A stretch of DNA of 60,842 nt, counting the filler. It is 6 parts of 6 records of this genome, joined end to end, with 100 filler letters (N's around TTAATTAATTAA, not from the genome) between each part and the next. Parts side by side here need not be neighbours in the genome. Positions count along the whole stretch, not along the records: positions 1 to 17,282 come from SRR31156797_18244; 5 more parts are not named here. One strand, 5' to 3'. Positions 1 to 10,643 of this stretch are shown piece by piece. A model generated the notes under the pieces. It saw only the letters and a list, made by a program, of their open reading frames with translations. It was not told the DNA's origin and made no database searches. Within the stretch, counting starts at the first letter, position 1, and each line of letters starts with the position of its first letter. Made by a program: the position numbers and the translations under genes.

Positions 1-132
1 CAATACAACCATCCGCCGCAGGCGGCGCTTTCCATTGTCACTAATTGAAACAATCAATTTTATTTGATAGTGATAAATGTTGACTTCAAAATTGGAGTTC
101 GCAGGATTCATACAGAACCCTATTTAGTAGTA

Positions 133-633
133 TTATAGCTCTTTGAAACATACTGGATTAAATTCAATATTCATTCCTGAAAAAGCTATTTCAACATCTT
201 TTAGAGGATTTGACTCACTATAATACAGATGAGAGGAACATTTGCAGCCGCCTGAACCAAAATCAGGTATATGTATGCCAAAAGAGTCGTAAAGCTTTTT
301 CGCAAGCATACACTCCATGGAATCCTCTGAAAAAGCATACACCACACAGGTTAACTCAAAAGCAGGTGAAAACGAAAGATAATCCACATGCCAACGAGGC
401 TTTTTGTCCTTATTAAGCGAAAGCAGTACGTGGCGCTTTACTCGTTTAAGACCGCCGAAGCCCAGCGCTGAGCCCACATAAATGTAGTATCCCGGCCTGA
501 ATTCAATATCTTTAATCCTGCCTGCATCGAGCTTGCAACCTTCGCATTTAAATATGAGACAGTAAACCCCTTTATCTGGAATATCCGGGAAATCGGTCTT
601 ACATTGCATATGGAACATTTCCAAAGAAAGCAT
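133..633 (-). CDS. DUF123 / GIY-YIG (Uri superfamily) nuclease-like protein
   Basis: KGVYCL...YIYVGSA, WHVDY, FGS.GC.C.SHL motifs typical of DUF123; true start may be a few codons downstream. Confidence 0.8.
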   Translation of the reverse strand: MLSLEMFHMQCKTDFPDIPDKGVYCLIFKCEGCKLDAGRIKDIEFRPGYYIYVGSALGFGGLKRVKRHVLLSLNKDKKPRWHVDYLSFSPAFELTCVVYAFSEDSMECMLAKKLYDSFGIHIPDFGSGGCKCSSHLYYSESNPLKDVEIAFSGMNIEFNPVCFKEL

Positions 634-667
634 TAAATCATTTCCTGTTAAACCCTTACTGATAACT

Positions 668-1027
668 ATGCCTGAAGAAATGAAAGATGCGAAAAATGTG
701 AAGGGATTTAAACCAAGGGCAGTGACCTATGCAAAGAGACTGGACGAGGACTTTTCAGAAGCTGTTGCAGGATTCTACAGTTCCGTGTGGGAAGAAAGGG
801 AAGGCGGACTTTCCAAAAAGCAGAAACATCTGATGGTATTTGCCATGGCCTGTGCCAACCAGAAGACAAACAGTGCCGTAAAGATACTTCAGAGATTGAA
901 AAAATATGGTGCAAGCTCCCAGGAAATATATGATATAATGATGCTGGCTGCGTGGACAGGCGGAATACAGAACTTTACCAATTTCACTCCGAAAATTCTG
1001 GAAGAAATGGAAAGGCTGGAGTTCTAA
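668..1027 (+). CDS. Carboxymuconolactone decarboxylase (CMD/AhpD-like) family protein lacking CxxC
   Basis: GGLSKKQKHLMVFAMA...KYGASSQEIYDIMMLAAWTGG matches the CMD helical repeat. Confidence 0.75.
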   Translation: MPEEMKDAKNVKGFKPRAVTYAKRLDEDFSEAVAGFYSSVWEEREGGLSKKQKHLMVFAMACANQKTNSAVKILQRLKKYGASSQEIYDIMMLAAWTGGIQNFTNFTPKILEEMERLEF

Positions 1028-1041
1028 ACCCCGGCTTCAAG

Positions 1042-1329
1042 TTATAGTATAACAAACAGTGGCATAAGGAACCTGATAAGAACATATATCTGGACCAGAA
1101 GAATTAAAGGCATTCCTATCTGGAAACTGGGGTGTCTTGTTTTATGGCGGAAGAAATACATTCCGATAATCGAACCAACGCTTCCACCCGCAATAGCCCA
1201 CATAAAAAGAGTCTTCTCGGGAATCCTATATTTATTCTTTTTTGCTTTTCTTTTATCGATCCCCATAAGGGAAAAGCCTGCAATATTTACCAGCAGTAAA
1301 TACGCAAAAAATATAAGGGTTGTGTCCAT
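1042..1329 (-). CDS. DUF1294 family small membrane protein
   Basis: GIDKRKA...RIPEKTL...GGSVG...FRHKT; start reassigned to ATG 1329 (MDTTL). Confidence 0.85.
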   Translation of the reverse strand: MDTTLIFFAYLLLVNIAGFSLMGIDKRKAKKNKYRIPEKTLFMWAIAGGSVGSIIGMYFFRHKTRHPSFQIGMPLILLVQIYVLIRFLMPLFVIL

Positions 1330-1466
1330 AGCTTTTATTTCACCAGATATACTATAAATATTCCTGATTAATGCTTGAAAGGATTGGAGTATAAAATAAG
1401 TATTCACAGGAATATTGACTCTGGTGATTAATACAGTAGATTAGCTGGGTGGTTATGATGACAATT

Positions 1467-1871
1467 ATGACAAAAAAATGGCTGATATTGATAACAATAT
1501 TAATGCTTGCAGGCGTTCTTGTTAGCGGATGTGCTGACACTGCAGAAGAGACAGTTGTAGAAGAAGAAACAGTAACCGAGGATGTAGAGGAAGAAGTTGC
1601 ACCAGTGGGAGACGGTACTGATTATGGCGTAATAATGGAATACTACGGCATGATGAAGCCATCTGAACTTGAATTGAACAGGGGCGACACTATTGCATGG
1701 AGAAACGGGAAACCACAAGGCACCTACACTCTTATCAGTGATGATGGACTTTTCGAAAACCAGGTCATGGATCACAACGACGCATATTCACACACATTTA
1801 TGGACAGCGGCACTTACACTTTCAGTGTAGAGGATGTTCCTGACATGACACTTACTGTTACGGTAAGGTAA
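1467..1871 (+). CDS. Lipoprotein with cupredoxin-like domain (type-1 Cu ligands absent)
   Basis: Lipobox VSGC, acidic linker, GDTIAWRN...YSHTFMDSGTYTF...M.LTVTV cupredoxin pattern. Confidence 0.7.
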   Translation: MTKKWLILITILMLAGVLVSGCADTAEETVVEEETVTEDVEEEVAPVGDGTDYGVIMEYYGMMKPSELELNRGDTIAWRNGKPQGTYTLISDDGLFENQVMDHNDAYSHTFMDSGTYTFSVEDVPDMTLTVTVR

Positions 1872-1910
1872 AAGTACTGTGCAAAAATCAAATTTAAACT
1901 AAAACTGATA

Positions 1911-1941
1911 TTTGAGGCTAATTGCCTCAAATCATTTTTTT
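1911..1941. terminator. Hairpin plus T-tract between convergent genes
   Basis: TTTGAGGC-taatt-GCCTCAAA followed by a T-run. Confidence 0.5.
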
Positions 1942-1955
1942 ATTTGTTCAAAGAG

Positions 1956-2369
1956 CTATTCTTCTTTCCTGAAGTCCAGTGACACGGAATTAATACAGTA
2001 TCTTTTCCCGGTAGGTTCGGGTCCGTCGTCAAAAACATGCCCCATATGGCTTCCACAGCGACTGCACACAACCTCAATCCGTTCCATGAAATGACTGTTG
2101 TCCTCTTTAAGCGCAACTTTGTCATCTGAAACCGGTTTGAAAAAACTGGGCCATCCACTGCCGGAATCATACTTAGCGTCCGAACTGAATAACTCCTGAC
2201 CACATGCAGCACAGATATAGACACCTTTCTCCTTGTTAGCATAATACCTGCCGGTAAATGGTGCTTCCGTGCCTTTTTGGCGTAGTACAATGAACTGGTC
2301 GTTGTTCAGTACCTCTTTCCACTCTTTATCTGACTTCTTTATTTGTTCTTCCAATTTTAAGGTCCCCAT
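1956..2369 (-). CDS. msrB: Peptide methionine-R-sulfoxide reductase
   Basis: [43 protein letters not shown]; start set at ATG 2369. Confidence 0.96.
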   Translation of the reverse strand: MGTLKLEEQIKKSDKEWKEVLNNDQFIVLRQKGTEAPFTGRYYANKEKGVYICAACGQELFSSDAKYDSGSGWPSFFKPVSDDKVALKEDNSHFMERIEVVCSRCGSHMGHVFDDGPEPTGKRYCINSVSLDFRKEE

Positions 2370-2550
2370 GAAAATGTCCCCATATTCGCATAAATAGATG
2401 ACGTAAATAGCACACAATTAAGAAAAAATACAGTTACTAATAAAATATCCAGATAAATATAAATATTATTCCTGAGAAATTTAATATTACAGGACTGACA
2501 AACTCCTATATGGGATTAGTTAGACACCGGGAAATTTAAGGGGAATACAA

Positions 2551-2880
2551 ATGTCTGATTGGATAGCATACTATGAAGACAACAAGCAGAATGCTTTGGT
2601 AAGAATTAAGAACATGTCTCTTTCCACAAGATACCGAAAGGAACTCAGTTGCTGGATCAATAAGTACCTTGATCCATTTTCAGTTGCAAGAATAATCTCT
2701 TTTGAGAGAGTTGAAACTCCAGACCCTTATTTGAGAATACGCATGGAAGCAGAGAAGGATCTTGAGTTCACTCTGCTTACAGCTACCAGTAAGGATAGAA
2801 GTAACAATGATATGCTCTTTTTTGAGAGCAACCTTCTGCTTCTGTTCAACCTTATGCTCAAACATATAAGGACAGCTTAA
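2551..2880 (+). CDS. Hypothetical protein
   Basis: 109-aa ORF with purine-rich RBS (AAGGGG) filling the space between recognised genes; no motif recognised. Confidence 0.6.
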   Translation: MSDWIAYYEDNKQNALVRIKNMSLSTRYRKELSCWINKYLDPFSVARIISFERVETPDPYLRIRMEAEKDLEFTLLTATSKDRSNNDMLFFESNLLLLFNLMLKHIRTA

Positions 2881-3003
2881 ATCCGGACAAATACTTTTGC
2901 AAATTGCGCAAAAGAAGTATTCAGGATTTGATAAAGAAAAGGATAAATACAAATATCCTGTCTATTAGTTTCATCCCTCTTTTCCGGGAAGAAGGCACAT
3001 TCA

Positions 3004-4443
3004 TTGCACGAACGAAGTAAACTCTTAGCTGACGAAAGCATAGGCAAGCTCCTTTTTAAATTATCTGCTCCTGCCACAATAGGAATGCTAGTCCAGGCTC
3101 TGTACAACCTGGTGGATACTGTTTTTGTAGGACAGGCACTGGGAGAAAACAGTGTGCAGGGAATTGCAGGAATTGCAGTGGCATTTCCAATCATGATGAT
3201 AATCATGGCCATCGCCCTTGCAATCGGTATTGGCGGTTCGTCCATGATCTCACGTAGCCTTGGAGAACAAAATCAGAAAAGGGCAGAAAACGTAATGGGA
3301 AATGTATTGTCCCTCGTACTGTTGATAAGTGCACTTATTTTCATACTGGGCAGTCTGTTCATAACACCCATTTTACGCCTTTTCGGTGCAACTGATACAA
3401 TACTGCCCTATGCAACGGACTACCTGAGTATCATACTCTACGGATCGATATTCTTCATGTTTGCCCTGGCAATGAATAACGTTGTCCGTGCAGAAGGAAA
3501 CGCTAATGTAGCAATGTATACAATGGTGATATCGGCTCTTGTGAATATAGTGCTTGATCCGTTTTTCATCTTCAGCTCAGGATACATCGAATTTACCTTC
3601 CTCGCTAAGCTGGGAATTACAATTGAACCCTTTTACGTCTATGGCCTGGGATTGGGAATTAGGGGAGCAGCTATTGCCACGGTCCTTGCACAGATAACCG
3701 GTGCCCTGTTCCTTGTATGGTATTTTGCATCCGGCAACTCAAGTCTCAGGTTCCACACAAGATACCTTAAACCAAAATGGTACATCGTAAAAGAAAGCAC
3801 CTCCATTGGAATGGGACCCCTTGCAAGGAATGCCTCGAGCAGTCTTGTGGTAATCATCCTTAACAACATACTACTGGCTTATGGTGGAGGAGATGTTTCC
3901 ATAGCTATTTTTGGTGTTGTCAACCGTTTATTCATGTTCACTTTTATGCCAATGTACGGCATAGTACAGGGATTGCAACCAATTGTAGGATTCAACTATG
4001 GTGCAAAGAACTTCAGCCGGGTGATAGAATCAGTGAAACTCTCAATACTTGTCACAACTACCATGGCAGTCTTTGGATTCATATTACTCATAGTATTTCC
4101 TGAACAGTTATTCAGTATTTTCACCAAAGACCAGCAACTCATATCTTCCGGAAAATCCGCAACACGCATAATGGTACTGGCACTACCCCTTGTAGGTTTT
4201 CAGGTAGTAGGAGCATCACTGTACCAGGCCCTTGGAAAAGCAAGACCGTCTTTTATGCTTGCGATGAGTCGACAATTATTGTTCCTGATACCGCTGGTAA
4301 TCATCCTGCCACAGTTCTTCCAGATTACAGGAGTGTGGATGGCTTTCCCGTTATCAGACAGCCTTTCATTCCTTCTCACCCTGGTAATGGTACTCAGGGA
4401 GTTCAAAATATTATCATCAATGAACAAAACAATCTCTTCCTGA
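3004..4443 (+). CDS. MATE family efflux transporter
   Basis: QALYNLVDTVFVG, NIVLDPFFI, GIRGAAIAT, QPIVGFNYGAK; about 12 hydrophobic segments. Confidence 0.93.
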   Translation: MHERSKLLADESIGKLLFKLSAPATIGMLVQALYNLVDTVFVGQALGENSVQGIAGIAVAFPIMMIIMAIALAIGIGGSSMISRSLGEQNQKRAENVMGNVLSLVLLISALIFILGSLFITPILRLFGATDTILPYATDYLSIILYGSIFFMFALAMNNVVRAEGNANVAMYTMVISALVNIVLDPFFIFSSGYIEFTFLAKLGITIEPFYVYGLGLGIRGAAIATVLAQITGALFLVWYFASGNSSLRFHTRYLKPKWYIVKESTSIGMGPLARNASSSLVVIILNNILLAYGGGDVSIAIFGVVNRLFMFTFMPMYGIVQGLQPIVGFNYGAKNFSRVIESVKLSILVTTTMAVFGFILLIVFPEQLFSIFTKDQQLISSGKSATRIMVLALPLVGFQVVGASLYQALGKARPSFMLAMSRQLLFLIPLVIILPQFFQITGVWMAFPLSDSLSFLLTLVMVLREFKILSSMNKTISS

Positions 4444-4489
4444 AGGATAATCCAACCATTTAAAAACCATCAGGACAATTCTAGAATTC

Positions 4490-6031
4490 ATGTCATATGA
4501 GAACGGACCAATTATTCTGATGATACTCGACGGCTGGGGACACACCACTGAAGAAAAGGGAAATGCAATCATGGCAGCAAAAACCCCTGTACTTGATTCA
4601 CTAGTTGAGAAATATCCTTCATGCCTGTTGCAGGTTTCAGGCGAAGGTGTGGGACTTCCCCAGGGCCAAATGGGAAATTCCGAAGTTGGACATCTCAACA
4701 TCGGCGCCGGCAGAATAATCTACCAGGACCTTACACGCATCAATAAAGACATAAAAGAAGGCTCTTTTTTCAAAAACCAGGTGCTTCTTGATGCCATGGA
4801 TAACGTAACAGAGAATGATTCATCACTGCACCTCATGGGACTGTTCTCATACGGTGGCGTGCACAGTCATATGGACCACATGAGAGCCCTTGTAGAAATG
4901 GCAAAAAGCACCGGCGTTGAAAGGGTTTACATCCATGCGTTCCTTGACGGAAGGGATGTACCACCACAAACAGCCTTGGATGACATGAAAAAACATGAAG
5001 AGTTCTGCAAAAGTACAGGCATAGCTCAGACAGCAACGGTTTCCGGCAGGTACTATGCAATGGACCGTGACAAACGCTGGGACCGCATAAAGCTGGCCTA
5101 TGATGCATTAACACTTGGAGAAGGCATCAAAGCGAAAGATGCAGTGACAGCGGTAAGCCAGGCATATGAAAAAGGCGAAAATGACGAGTTTGTCAAGCCA
5201 ACTGTTGTAACCGATGAAGAAGGAAAGCCTGTTGCAACGGTCAAAAAAGGGGACTCAGTTGTTTTCTTCAATTTCCGTCCTGACAGAGCAAGACAGATGA
5301 CATACGCATTTGTAAATAATGATTTTGAAGGTTTTAATAGGTCCGAAAAACCTGAAGTTCACTACGTCTGCATGGCAGAGTATGACGAAAACCTTGATGT
5401 CCCGATTGCATATCCCCCTGAGACAATAAAAGAGACACTTGGTGAAGTCCTGAGCAATAACAACAAGAAACAACTTCGTATTGCCGAAACCGAAAAATAT
5501 GCCCATGTGACCTTTTTCTTCAACGGTGGCGTTGAAAAAGAAAATGAAGGAGAGGACAGGTACCTCATACCATCACCAGATGTTGCTACCTATGATCTTA
5601 AGCCTGAGATGAGTGCATATGAAGTTACAGATGAACTTGTGGACAAAATAAACTCCGGCAAGTATGATGCTATTATACTCAATTTTGCCAATATGGATAT
5701 GGTTGGTCACACCGGAATTGTTGAAGCAGCCATCAAGTCAATCGAATCAGTGGACAAATGTGTTGGAAAAATCATTTCCGTAATTATTGAAAAGGGTGGA
5801 GCTGCACTAATAACAGCGGACCACGGCAATGCTGAGAAAATGATAGACTATGATACCGGAAAGCCACATACTGCACATACTTCCAATCCAGTGAGATGTA
5901 TCCTGGTCAACGGGAAAGAAGGAATGGAATTGCAGGACGGGAAACTCTCAGACCTGGCACCAACCATGCTGGAAATTATGGATATAGAAAAGCCTGAGGC
6001 AATGACAGGAATGTCATTGATAAGGAAATAG
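4490..6031 (+). CDS. gpmI: 2,3-bisphosphoglycerate-independent phosphoglycerate mutase (bacterial type)
   Basis: [54 protein letters not shown]. Confidence 0.96.
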   Translation: MSYENGPIILMILDGWGHTTEEKGNAIMAAKTPVLDSLVEKYPSCLLQVSGEGVGLPQGQMGNSEVGHLNIGAGRIIYQDLTRINKDIKEGSFFKNQVLLDAMDNVTENDSSLHLMGLFSYGGVHSHMDHMRALVEMAKSTGVERVYIHAFLDGRDVPPQTALDDMKKHEEFCKSTGIAQTATVSGRYYAMDRDKRWDRIKLAYDALTLGEGIKAKDAVTAVSQAYEKGENDEFVKPTVVTDEEGKPVATVKKGDSVVFFNFRPDRARQMTYAFVNNDFEGFNRSEKPEVHYVCMAEYDENLDVPIAYPPETIKETLGEVLSNNNKKQLRIAETEKYAHVTFFFNGGVEKENEGEDRYLIPSPDVATYDLKPEMSAYEVTDELVDKINSGKYDAIILNFANMDMVGHTGIVEAAIKSIESVDKCVGKIISVIIEKGGAALITADHGNAEKMIDYDTGKPHTAHTSNPVRCILVNGKEGMELQDGKLSDLAPTMLEIMDIEKPEAMTGMSLIRK

Positions 6032-6057
6032 AATAGAACATAAAGGGAGGGGGATTC

Positions 6058-6675
6058 ATGAAAAGATTGTTTTTAGCATCGTCTTTTGAGGATGTTGCCG
6101 ATTATTTTGAAGATTTTGCAAATGAAACGGTCAAAGGAAAAACGGTAACTTTTATTCCTACAGCAAGCGTTCCGGAAGAAGTAACATTTTATGTTGATGA
6201 TGATAAAAAAGCGCTTGAAGAACTGGGCTTAATTGTTGATGAGTTAAATGTATCAGAGTACTCTGAAAAGGAAATTGAGAATACACTGGAAAAGAACGAT
6301 TATATTTTCATTTCAGGAGGAAATACATTTTACTTGCTTCAGGAGTTGAAAAGCACAGGGGCAGACAGGCTCATAGTTGAACAGGTCAAAAAAGGAAAGA
6401 CATACATCGGTGCATCGGCAGGTTCAGTAATCATGACATCTGACATTGAATACGTGGACAAGATGGATGACAAAACCAAAGCTGAGAAACTAAGCGACTA
6501 TCAGGCTCTTGGAATTGTTGAATTTTACCCATTGCCGCATCATACAAATCCCCCTTTCGAAACCATTGTTGAGGAGATAATCAGCGATTTTGAAGGGAAA
6601 ATTAATCTGGTTCCAATAAGCAACACTCAGGCTATAGAAGTTAAAGACCATAGTTTCAAAGTAGTAGGAAAATAA
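6058..6675 (+). CDS. Peptidase S51 (dipeptidase E) family
   Basis: FIPTAS, ISGGNTFYLL, GASAG nucleophile elbow, LPHH. Confidence 0.88.
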   Translation: MKRLFLASSFEDVADYFEDFANETVKGKTVTFIPTASVPEEVTFYVDDDKKALEELGLIVDELNVSEYSEKEIENTLEKNDYIFISGGNTFYLLQELKSTGADRLIVEQVKKGKTYIGASAGSVIMTSDIEYVDKMDDKTKAEKLSDYQALGIVEFYPLPHHTNPPFETIVEEIISDFEGKINLVPISNTQAIEVKDHSFKVVGK

Positions 6676-6716
6676 GGAACAAAACTGGATCAATAGATCC
6701 TTTTTCCTATAGTGGC

Positions 6717-7733
6717 TCAAAACCATTTATCCAGTGTGCTCTGGCCGCTTCCAGAAGATGCTTCGAGGCGTTCCAGGGCCTTTGTAACCCTGTCCTGCGA
6801 AAAATCATGTTTGTTGCATAAGAAAGATACAACTGCATCAAAATCAGGTTTATTCCACTTCAGGGAATAATCATCAGTTACCGGAGGATTCTTAAAGAAA
6901 TCCCTTATCTCCTCAAGATGCAGGATCTCAAGCTCTTTTGTCTCAAGGACATTTTCTATTGTTCCGTGTTCCTTTATGAGTTTGAGAGCCGTCTTTGGTC
7001 CTACGCCCTCAAGACCCTTATTATAGTCAGTACCAACACAAAGCGCAATATCAATAAGTTGCGAGTGGTTAATCTCAAGCTTGTCCAGGTTTTCCTTCAG
7101 ATTGATAGTCTCGGGCTTTACATCCACATAGATATTCTTCTTTGGAAGCTTTCTCTTTCCTGAAACCGTCAGGTTCCTGACAACAAGCGGGGAGCCAAAA
7201 AGAAGTGAATCATAATCCTGTGATGCAATTTTATCAGCATCGCCTTTCCTTACCATATAAGCTGCCTGTGCTTCCCCTTCAGAAGGTGCATCCACATAGG
7301 GAATGCCCAGTGAATCCAGCAACTTCTTAGAATCATCAACAACTGTGACATCAACCTTTGCAGATGCCTGAGCGTACTTATATGCCTCTTCAGCAAGCCC
7401 TTTTTCCTTTGCCTCAGCCCACTTTGCTTTTGCATTTTCACGGGTTTCAGTACGCTTTTTAATCGTAGCTGATTTCCACTCAGGTGGCTTGCCATCAAAA
7501 ACAAAGACAGGTTTCACTCCTGCCTCTATGATATTAGTCATCCTGTAAAGGATACCTGACAGGTGAGACGTTACATTGCCCTCCGAGTCCTTAAGCGGAG
7601 TTCCATCTCTCTGCCGTATTATGCTTAAGAATTGGTAAAGTGTATTAAAGGCATCTATTGCCACTACATCTAAAGAAAGGTCAGATACCTCAATTGTGCT
7701 CCTGTCAAGGAGCTCACCTATATCAACACCCAT
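6717..7733 (-). CDS. fen: Flap endonuclease 1
   Basis: MGV start, [44 protein letters not shown]-terminal PIP box QSTLDKWF. Confidence 0.97.
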   Translation of the reverse strand: MGVDIGELLDRSTIEVSDLSLDVVAIDAFNTLYQFLSIIRQRDGTPLKDSEGNVTSHLSGILYRMTNIIEAGVKPVFVFDGKPPEWKSATIKKRTETRENAKAKWAEAKEKGLAEEAYKYAQASAKVDVTVVDDSKKLLDSLGIPYVDAPSEGEAQAAYMVRKGDADKIASQDYDSLLFGSPLVVRNLTVSGKRKLPKKNIYVDVKPETINLKENLDKLEINHSQLIDIALCVGTDYNKGLEGVGPKTALKLIKEHGTIENVLETKELEILHLEEIRDFFKNPPVTDDYSLKWNKPDFDAVVSFLCNKHDFSQDRVTKALERLEASSGSGQSTLDKWF

Positions 7734-7771
7734 GTGAGATCATAAGGATTTTTAATATTTGTGCGGGCCCT

Positions 7772-8086
7772 TCAGCCCTCACGGTTAATAAGCCCATTGC
7801 TTTCGAGTCTTACATCAATTACAGAGTCGTCGTTTGCGTCTATTTTGCCTACTTTAAAGATATTGCCTACCCTGTCAATAAGCTGCGTCCTGGTTACCTG
7901 GACCTGATGAAGGTCACCTGAATCTTTATTTTTATGGATTACTACAAGGTTATGTTGATCATCGTTGTTCTTTCCAAGCTTTGACGCCACATTCTTAACA
8001 AGTTGCTCAAAGTCAGAATAGATTAAGATTTCAGAACATTTCCCTGCTTTCTTTATTATTCCTATTGGTTCTAAATTAATGCGCAT
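7772..8086 (-). CDS. Small protein resembling a degenerate TsaA/TrmO beta-barrel
   Basis: LEPIGII N-terminus and LIDRVGNIFKVGKIDANDDSVIDVR C-terminus echo TrmO; RBS GAGGTG. Confidence 0.5.
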   Translation of the reverse strand: MRINLEPIGIIKKAGKCSEILIYSDFEQLVKNVASKLGKNNDDQHNLVVIHKNKDSGDLHQVQVTRTQLIDRVGNIFKVGKIDANDDSVIDVRLESNGLINREG

Positions 8087-8187
8087 TTACGCACCTCTTA
8101 TAGATAGAGATAATTCTTAACATCCTACAACAACTTAGTTAATATGACTTTCGGGATTAGTTTAACATTATAAATATTAGTCAAGAA

Positions 8188-8511
8188 TTATCTATATCTT
8201 CTTTTGTCCATAGCATCTGCCATATCATCCATTTTCAGGAGAACTTCATGCATCCTGGCATCAACATTGTTCTCTACGCTCTGGACATTGATCCTCAACG
8301 AACGTTCCTTTGCCGCAAGCATGTTGTCTATCTTACGCAGACGAATATCAACAGACAGTATCATGGCGGCCAGTGCACCTACCATAACAACAGCAGACAA
8401 GATAATCAAAGCATTTGCCGGACTGTATTTGAACCTTCCAAGCCATTCATATGTTAATACAAATGAAGACACGATCATTACAACTGAAAATATAATGTCT
8501 CTGGTTTCCAT
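8188..8511 (-). CDS. Hypothetical two-TM membrane protein with coiled-coil tail
   Basis: Two hydrophobic helices then a heptad-like helix; RBS AGAGGG. Confidence 0.65.
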   Translation of the reverse strand: METRDIIFSVVMIVSSFVLTYEWLGRFKYSPANALIILSAVVMVGALAAMILSVDIRLRKIDNMLAAKERSLRINVQSVENNVDARMHEVLLKMDDMADAMDKRRYR

Positions 8512-8731
8512 TCTGATCCCTCTCTTCTTTAATATGGGCTGTTTTGCTTTTATAATATATAAGTCTAGTTTTAAATACAGAATTCCCTTACTACCAGTAT
8601 CACATCATATCGTTAATAGCTTACTAATTTCTCGTGGAAATATCCCTGAAGGAAACAATCGTTAAGACGATTTTTAGCTACTACAATAGAGAAAAAGAAG
8701 ACGTGGTATCTGCTCTTAGACGATCCTTGTG

Positions 8732-8780
8732 AAAAAAAGGATGCTGCATTTCCCACATGAGAGAATAATGCAGGCATCCT
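8732..8780 (-). terminator. Stem-loop plus U-tract after the ArsR/Fe-S gene
   Basis: Minus strand AGGATGCCTGCATT...AATGCAGCATCC-TTTTTTT, 10 nt after the stop at 8790. Confidence 0.55.
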
Positions 8781-8789
8781 CAGATGTCT

Positions 8790-9590
8790 TCACAGATATT
8801 CCATAAGAACCCTTAGATGCTCGAGATTTACTGCATATTTACTGTCATTCAACACTGTACACCTATCCAGTGTTGTTTCCCCGGCTATCAATCGTATAGC
8901 AAAAGAGTAGCAGCTTTGTTCACCACATGTATGGCAATTAGCTTTACTAGGGAGATACTTGTAGATCTCGGCATGATCAACTCTTATTTTGTCCCTTACA
9001 GTAGGAGTAACGCCTTTTTCGATGGCCTCATTTATGGTATCCTTGAGGTCATCAAGAATCAGCATTGCCTCTTCTGAATTATTGATCATGGTCAAAGTGA
9101 TAGCACCTGTGGAATAAACAGTGATCATTCTGTTTCCATTCTGGATGATCAATACTCCAAGATTCTCCGAGTATCTTGACCTTGGAAAAAGTGATTCCAG
9201 CAACATAAGAACACCACCCAGAGGAGGTTCCAGACGGGCAATAATCCTGTATTTGCTTGAGTCTGCAATACAGGGAAGAAGCTGCCTTATCTCTACAACA
9301 TCAATAGGTTTAGCTCTGGAGAGATCATTATTTGCCTCTGCAGACTTGCTCGTCCCGGGCGCCATAAAACTCCTGCCAAAATCTGTTATTTCTACAATCT
9401 CATCCTTTACAACTATCATTTCTGCCTGTTGCAGATGCTGCAAATGATAGTTTAGCATAGACTGTCCGACAGCCTCTCCAATCTCTTTCTTTGACCTGCT
9501 TCCTTCATTAAGCAAGTCCATAATCTGTCTTCGAGTAACGTTTGACATGGCATTGCTCACACACTTAATCTTCACAGCAGAATCTGTCAT
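8790..9590 (-). CDS. ArsR-type HTH fused to a putative Fe-S cluster domain (COG4871-like)
   Basis: AMSNVTRRQIMDLL...LNYHLQHL HTH; LLPCIAD; NCHTCGEQSCYSFA...C Fe-S motif; start set at ATG 9590. Confidence 0.82.
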   Translation of the reverse strand: MTDSAVKIKCVSNAMSNVTRRQIMDLLNEGSRSKKEIGEAVGQSMLNYHLQHLQQAEMIVVKDEIVEITDFGRSFMAPGTSKSAEANNDLSRAKPIDVVEIRQLLPCIADSSKYRIIARLEPPLGGVLMLLESLFPRSRYSENLGVLIIQNGNRMITVYSTGAITLTMINNSEEAMLILDDLKDTINEAIEKGVTPTVRDKIRVDHAEIYKYLPSKANCHTCGEQSCYSFAIRLIAGETTLDRCTVLNDSKYAVNLEHLRVLMEYL

Positions 9591-9633
9591 CTTAATCGCC
9601 CCCTTATAGATCTTTATTGATTTAGAAAATATC

Positions 9634-9972
9634 CTATTTTGAGTTTCCGCAACACAAATTGTTCTTTTCACAATCTTTATCTTTAAGATCGCTGAAAATA
9701 TTGTCATACACCTTTGTCCATCCTAATTGGGAACCACCTGCAATGAACATTGCAACAGCAATTGCTTCTGCAATTTCTTTTTTATTAGAACCTTTTGAGA
9801 TAGCCCTTTGTGAATGCACTTCAGTGCAGTACTCACATCTCATCAGAACGGATGATGCAACAGCTATAAGCTCCTTTGTTTTCACATCAAGAGAAGTTTC
9901 TGCAAATATGGAATTGCGCATTTTTGCAAAATGTTCAGCCGTTTCAGGCAATTGTTCATTTAAGAATGACAT
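9634..9972 (-). CDS. CMD/AhpD family protein with CxxC and Cys-rich tail
   Basis: LDVKTKELIAVA...RCEYCTEVH...EIAEAIAVA; tail DCEKNNLCCG. Confidence 0.87.
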   Translation of the reverse strand: MSFLNEQLPETAEHFAKMRNSIFAETSLDVKTKELIAVASSVLMRCEYCTEVHSQRAISKGSNKKEIAEAIAVAMFIAGGSQLGWTKVYDNIFSDLKDKDCEKNNLCCGNSK

Positions 9973-10165
9973 ATACAAACCTCGTACATTCCAGGGCCCC
10001 TATAGCACAAATATGCATAATGTGCAAATCAAAAAACGTTGATATCAACAGAAAAGTTGCTAATTCATACGAGAGTGAACACAATCTGGGCGTCCGCGTA
10101 CTAAATTCAGTCTGATCCCCTAATTTTCAATAAATTACTTATGTCAAACAGAAGTTTTCATAATT

Positions 10166-10519
10166 ATGCGATGTTGTCCGGAAGATCCTGTGATAAGACT
10201 AATGTGGAAAGAAGAGATGGATCAGGAAAAGGAAATGTCTCCTGAATTAGTTGAAAGTATATGCCAGTACCTTAAAGTGCTTGCAAATCCTACCCGCCTT
10301 CGGATAGCATATCTTTTGTCAAAACGGGACCATTGTGTCTGTGAACTGGTCTATAAGATAGATCAAAAACAAAACTTGATATCCCATCATCTGTCAGTTA
10401 TGAAACAAAATGGGATAATTGAATCTTATAATCAGTCAAAATGGAAATACTATCGTCTAAGCAACGATATCAGCCCTGTTCTCAAACTCTTTGAGCAAAA
10501 CAAAAAAGAGGATGCATAA
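10166..10519 (+). CDS. ArsR/SmtB metalloregulator
   Basis: LKVLANPTRLRI, HCVCEL, QNLISHHLSVMK; N-terminal CC. Confidence 0.9.
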   Translation: MRCCPEDPVIRLMWKEEMDQEKEMSPELVESICQYLKVLANPTRLRIAYLLSKRDHCVCELVYKIDQKQNLISHHLSVMKQNGIIESYNQSKWKYYRLSNDISPVLKLFEQNKKEDA

Positions 10520-10643
10520 ATAGTATTAATTATTTGAAAAATTAATGAACAGATACGCAACTGGAACAATTTAATATATTAAACTGGACAATAAGGGAAC
10601 ATATTAAAAATAAATATATCTTTGATATTTTTAACCAGATTAC

